DNA of 64,000 nucleotides from assembly GCA_046704745.1 (NCBI GenBank), contig JBJKRL010000063.1:5387-69386 (forward strand). The letters run 5' to 3'. A program made the translations under genes and the position numbers. This DNA comes from Desulfocapsaceae bacterium. GTDB lineage: Bacteria; Desulfobacterota; Desulfobulbia; Desulfobulbales; Desulfocapsaceae. This document shows, piece after piece, positions 59,955-64,000 of this stretch (position 1 is its first letter; every line of letters starts with the position of its first letter). The notes beneath the pieces were generated by a model. The model worked only from the letters and a program-made list of their open reading frames with translations. It made no database searches and was not told the origin of the DNA.

Positions 59955-60932
59955 TTACTTTACGGCGGCAAGGATCTTTGTGAGCATGGCCTTAACCTTG
60001 GGTTCTTGATAGATGGCCATATTTTTCAGATTCGCAACCTTGGCCCGGAAGGCTGCAATATCGGGATGTTCTTCGACAATAAAGCCTTTTTCCTTCAAGA
60101 GTTTTAACCGAGCAGCGTTTCCCGCCCGGTTTTCCTCCCGCTGGTAGACTGCGGCAGAATACATCGCTTTTTGCAGCATCTGCTGGGTGGCGGGAGCAAG
60201 GGTCTTCCACCAGGCAAGAGAGGCAACGTCGATATGGGGGGAATAGACATGACGGGTCAAGGTCAGGTATTTCTGGACCTCCCAAAGCTTATATTGCACC
60301 AGTACCCAGAGCGGATTTTCCTGGCCGTCGATGACGCCTTGTTCCAGTTCCGTATAAATCGGCCACGGCATTGGTGTTGGATTGGCGCCCAGATCCTGCC
60401 ATATGGCCTTATGCATGGCCGAGGCCATAACTCTGACCTTGAGCCCTTCGACATCCTCCGGGGTCTTGACCGGGTGACGGCTGTTGGTCAGATTTCTGAA
60501 ACCGTTTTCAGAAAAGCACAGCCCCTTGAAACCGGCACTTTCCAGGTCTTTTAAAATTTCAGCTCCAATCGGCCCGTCAAGGATGGTATCAGCCTGGTGG
60601 TAGTCCTTGAACAGGAAAGGATAATCGATGACCCTGACGATGGGGTCAAAGGTATCGAACGGTCCGCTGGTGATGACTCCCATTTGTATGGTGTTGAGCT
60701 GGATTTGCTGGAGGATTTCCGTCTCGTTGCCGATGGAGCCGGAATCATAAATCTTGACCTTAATATCTCCTTTTGATTCTTTTTCCACCAGATCCTTGAA
60801 CTTTTCGGCGACAATATTCTGGGCGGAACCCGGCTTGGTGACGACTCCCAGTTTGATTGTCATTTGGGACTGCGCTGGAGAGGCAACCAGACAGAGAAAC
60901 AGAGCTGCCACTGCGCAAATATATCTTTTCAT
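59955..60932 (-). CDS. dctP: TRAP transporter substrate-binding protein (DctP family)
   Basis: It has a signal peptide (MKRYICAVAALFLCLVASPAQS) and DctP-like sequence (FSENGFRNLTN). The ATG at 60932 follows GGGGGAA. Confidence 0.8.
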   Translation of the reverse strand: MKRYICAVAALFLCLVASPAQSQMTIKLGVVTKPGSAQNIVAEKFKDLVEKESKGDIKVKIYDSGSIGNETEILQQIQLNTIQMGVITSGPFDTFDPIVRVIDYPFLFKDYHQADTILDGPIGAEILKDLESAGFKGLCFSENGFRNLTNSRHPVKTPEDVEGLKVRVMASAMHKAIWQDLGANPTPMPWPIYTELEQGVIDGQENPLWVLVQYKLWEVQKYLTLTRHVYSPHIDVASLAWWKTLAPATQQMLQKAMYSAAVYQREENRAGNAARLKLLKEKGFIVEEHPDIAAFRAKVANLKNMAIYQEPKVKAMLTKILAAVK

Positions 60933-61375
60933 AATATTCCCCCACTGATGTGTATGTGAAACGGATGACAACGGGCTCTCTTGAGACTGGCAAATGCTGG
61001 GGAAAAGGTCAAGTTATTTCCGCAATTGCACCGGTTTTCGTCTTGACTCCGCCGGATGAAGTGCCGACAATGAAATAAGAGGCATCCGGTTCGTATGCAC
61101 CTCTTTACAGCGCGGGAGGAGCAGGGCATCTATGGAAGACACCTCGCAAAAACCCGTCGGAGAAGCAACCTAGGCCATGGATGGCCTGCCTGTCAGCCGT
61201 GGTGTAAAGGCGTAAGGCCGATAAGAAGGGGGCTGATGCGATGACTCTTGCGGGGATGTTATTTTTACTGTTAGCAAAGTACGCCCAACCCGGATGAGCC
61301 TGAATTAAGAGGCATGACCGATTTCGCAGGGTAGTTCGTGTGCGATTGTTCGGCAAAGGCAAAGGAGGCGTTGAC

Positions 61376-63037
61376 ATGGGAACAAGAGTTATCACCGCTC
61401 CAACAGGGAATGTCCTTACTGCTAAAAGCTGGCAGACAGAAGCACCGCTCAGGATGCTGATGAACAATCTCGACCCGCAGGTGGCCGAGCGCCCGGAAGA
61501 GCTGATCGTCTACGGCGGCATCGGCCGTGCCGCCCGGAACTGGCACTGCTTCGACAAGATTGTTGCAACCCTGCGCAGGCTGCATCTCAATGAGACCCTG
61601 CTTATTCAGTCCGGCAAGCCGGTGGGGGTTTTCAGGACCCACCCGGATGCGCCCCGCGTTCTTATTGCCAACTCAAACCTCGTGCCGCATTGGGCGACCT
61701 GGGAACAGTTCAATGAGCTTGATCGCAGGGGATTGATGATGTTTGGGCAGATGACCGCCGGGAGCTGGATTTATATCGGCAGTCAGGGCATCATCCAGGG
61801 AACCTATGAGACATTTGTCAGCCTGGGCAGAAAACATTATAATGGCGATCTGAAGGGCCGCTGGTTCCTGACGGCGGGTTTGGGAGGCATGGGCGGGGCC
61901 CAGCCTCTGGCGGCAAAATTCGCAGATGCCTCGCTTCTGGCCATCGAATGCCGGCAGGAGCGTATCGACAAGCGTCTGGCTGGCGGCTATTTGGATCTAC
62001 AGGCAAAAGATCTTAAGGAAAGTCTGGAGATCATTGAACGCTCATGTGCCGAAAAGAAGCCGGTTACCGTCGGTGTCCTGGGCAATGCTGCCGATATCTA
62101 CCCGCAGCTGGCGGCCATGGGTGTACGGCCCGATGCCGTGACCGACCAGACCAGCGCCCATGACCCACTGCACGGATACCTCCCACTTGGCTGGAGCATA
62201 GAAGAGTGGGAGAAAAGGCAGCAGGAGTCCCCGGCGGAGGTCATGCGTGCGGCCCGGAGCTCCATGGTTGTCCACGTGCAGGCAATGCTTGATTTTCAGA
62301 AACGAGGGATTCCCGTCTTCGATTACGGCAACAATATCCGCCAGGAAGCCTATAATGCAGGGCTCAAGGAAGCCTTTGCCTTTCCCGGCTTCGTTCCAGC
62401 CTATATACGGGATTTGTTCTGTGTCGGCAAAGGCCCGTTTCGTTGGGTTGCCCTGTCGGGCGATCCACAGGATATCTACCGTACCGATGCCAAGGTAAAG
62501 GAGCTGTTGCCTGATGATAAACACCTGCATAAGTGGCTGGATATGGCAGGAAACAAAATCAGGTTCCAGGGACTTCCGGCCCGGATTTGCTGGGTCGGCC
62601 TTGGTGATCGGCATCGCTTGGGGCTTGCTTTTAACGACATGGTAGCCAAAGGCGAGCTAAAAGCGCCGGTTGTCATCGGGCGCGACCACCTGGACAGTGG
62701 TTCGGTGGCCAGCCCGAACCGGGAGACCGAGGCCATGGCCGACGGCTCCGATGCCGTCTCCGACTGGCCTCTTTTGAACTGCCTGTTAAACTGCGCCTCC
62801 GGGGCAACCTGGGTCTCGTTCCACCACGGCGGCGGAGTCGGGATGGGATATGCCCAGCATGCGGGGTTGGTCATCGTCTGCGACGGGACACAGGAGGCTG
62901 CGGCCCGGATTGCACGGGTCCTTTGGAACGATCCAGCCACGGGAGTCATGCGTCATGCCGACGCAGGCTACGAGGACGCCATCGCCTGCGCCAGGGAGAA
63001 AAAACTGGATTTGCCGATGATTGATTTAGGGAGTTAG
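61376..63037 (+). CDS. hutU: Urocanate hydratase HutU
   Basis: [43 protein letters not shown] is nearly invariant HutU sequence. The ATG at 61376 follows AAAGGAGG. Confidence 0.95.
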   Translation: MGTRVITAPTGNVLTAKSWQTEAPLRMLMNNLDPQVAERPEELIVYGGIGRAARNWHCFDKIVATLRRLHLNETLLIQSGKPVGVFRTHPDAPRVLIANSNLVPHWATWEQFNELDRRGLMMFGQMTAGSWIYIGSQGIIQGTYETFVSLGRKHYNGDLKGRWFLTAGLGGMGGAQPLAAKFADASLLAIECRQERIDKRLAGGYLDLQAKDLKESLEIIERSCAEKKPVTVGVLGNAADIYPQLAAMGVRPDAVTDQTSAHDPLHGYLPLGWSIEEWEKRQQESPAEVMRAARSSMVVHVQAMLDFQKRGIPVFDYGNNIRQEAYNAGLKEAFAFPGFVPAYIRDLFCVGKGPFRWVALSGDPQDIYRTDAKVKELLPDDKHLHKWLDMAGNKIRFQGLPARICWVGLGDRHRLGLAFNDMVAKGELKAPVVIGRDHLDSGSVASPNRETEAMADGSDAVSDWPLLNCLLNCASGATWVSFHHGGGVGMGYAQHAGLVIVCDGTQEAAARIARVLWNDPATGVMRHADAGYEDAIACAREKKLDLPMIDLGS

Positions 63038-63090
63038 ACAGGAGGCTGATTTTCATTGGTAATCTAAAATTACCATGACTTTGGATTGTT

Positions 63091-64000
63091 ATGGCAAACC
63101 TGTTTATTAAAAATCCAGCTGCCATCGTCTCTCCCCGGGCCGGTGTCATCCGCGGCCACGGTTTTGGAGAGCTGATGGTACGCGAGGACGCCTCGATCCT
63201 GATTCGAGACGGTGTAATCGAGGCCATCGGATCGCCGGCTGATCTTGAGCGGACGGCGATCCGGGATATGATTCCGGTGCTTGATGCAACGGCACGGACG
63301 GTGATCCCGGGTTTTGTCGACTGTCACAGCCATCCGCTCTTTGCTGGCCGAAGGACCTCGGAGTTTGCCCAACGGCTCAGCGGACTCGATTATCAGACCA
63401 TCGCTTCCCGCGGCGGCGGTATTATGGCAACGGTGCAGGCGACTCGGACCTGTTCCGCCTCCGAACTCAAGGAGCTTGGGCGTCACTATCTGACCCTGGC
63501 GTTGAGACAGGGGATCACCACCATGGAGGTTAAATCCGGCTACGGGCTCGATTTGGAAACGGAGCTCAAGATTCTTGAATCGGTACGAGATCTGGGTGAT
63601 GAGCAGCCCATCGACCTGGTGCCGACTTTTCTCGGTGCCCATGCCGTACCAAAAGGGGTGAACAAAGATGTCTATCTGGGACAGGTTAAGGAAATGATTC
63701 CACAGGTGGCCCCGTTTGCCCGCTTCTGCGACGTCTTTTGTGAACAGGGTTATTTCAGTGCGGAAGAAAGCGCCGAGATTCTGAAACTTGCCGGGGCCCA
63801 TGGCATGTTGCCGCGCCTGCACGCCAACCAGTTTCATGCCATTGGTTGCGTTGAGAAGGCGGTGGAGCTAGGGGCTGTTTCGGTTGATCATCTGGAAGTG
63901 CTCAGCGAGCGCGAGATAGCCCTGTTGGCAGATTCAGATACGGCTTGTGTGGTTCTGCCGGGTGTCTCCCTCTTTCTCGATATCCCCTATGCTCCTGCAC
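63091..64000 (+). CDS. hutI: Imidazolonepropionase HutI (5' part; runs off the window)
   Basis: My translation of frame 1 from the ATG at 63091 reads MANLFIKNPAAIV...VIPGFVDCHSHPLFAG...EVKSGYGLDLETE...TFLGAHAVP...HANQF. It is absent from the ORF track because there is no stop in the window. Confidence 0.85.
   Translation, partial: MANLFIKNPAAIVSPRAGVIRGHGFGELMVREDASILIRDGVIEAIGSPADLERTAIRDMIPVLDATARTVIPGFVDCHSHPLFAGRRTSEFAQRLSGLDYQTIASRGGGIMATVQATRTCSASELKELGRHYLTLALRQGITTMEVKSGYGLDLETELKILESVRDLGDEQPIDLVPTFLGAHAVPKGVNKDVYLGQVKEMIPQVAPFARFCDVFCEQGYFSAEESAEILKLAGAHGMLPRLHANQFHAIGCVEKAVELGAVSVDHLEVLSEREIALLADSDTACVVLPGVSLFLDIPYAPA

Noticed and set aside
60933-61375. A sigma-54 promoter (GG-N10-GC, TGGCAC-N5-TTGC) upstream of the TRAP dctPQM operon, which might be driven by the nearby sigma-54 activator.
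   Set aside because: Reading the reverse complement, I found only GGCAC without a correctly spaced TTGC/GC element. Similar TGGCAC/TGGCAG strings at 41412, 41447, 24447 and 39917 also lack the -12 element or face the wrong way.
1-64000. A CRISPR repeat-spacer array accompanying cas6 and the CARF genes.
   Set aside because: I found no regularly spaced 25-40-nt direct repeats in any intergenic region of the window. If an array exists it lies outside, probably to the left.

Overview
The window looks like chromosomal, mostly housekeeping and metabolic DNA. It holds about 50 protein genes on both strands. By eye, GC is in the mid to upper 40s with some GC-richer patches. Gene content (Na+-translocating decarboxylase, IcmF, sigma-54 activator, TRAP and Aap transporters, GAF cyclase) fits a Desulfobacterota-type genome, but this is inference only.

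Gene order:
- Left edge: the tail of a CRISPR accessory operon (cas6 plus two CARF-domain genes) directly downstream of pyrG-kdsA-kdsC-lptC.
- Then a hybrid sensor kinase, a DedA protein, a hydantoinase-like / Zn-ribbon / YkgJ trio, fabI, and an oadGAB-type Na+ decarboxylase operon.
- Then a YhdP/AsmA-like giant protein with a GT2 glycosyltransferase, an MBL hydrolase, a CoA-transferase, and aapJQMP.
- Then a radical SAM protein, an acyl-CoA synthetase, an acetyl-CoA hydrolase-GNAT fusion, icmF, and a RAM-only Lrp protein.
- Then an M50-like protein that has lost its metal ligands, an OFA-type MFS transporter, pyrF, surE, ilvY/ilvC and rpoH.
- Then a CBS protein with an ArsB/NhaD-type permease, a GAF-rich class III cyclase, a GAF sigma-54 activator, a TRAP dctPQM operon, and hutU-hutI.

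I recognised no rRNA gene, tRNA gene or CRISPR array.

The most interesting signal that is not a gene is a family of 216-bp elements with terminal inverted repeats. Each of the three copies is flanked by its own 4-bp direct duplication, they encode no protein, and they predict a rod-like fold. A fourth, diverged relative abuts the fabI start codon. Two copies in opposite orientation bracket the cyclase gene.

A second repeat system is a 27-nt motif present three times, including an inverted pair. It lies in a 1.1-kb non-coding, hairpin-rich gap downstream of rpoH.

Everything here was read by eye. No searches or folding programs were run.
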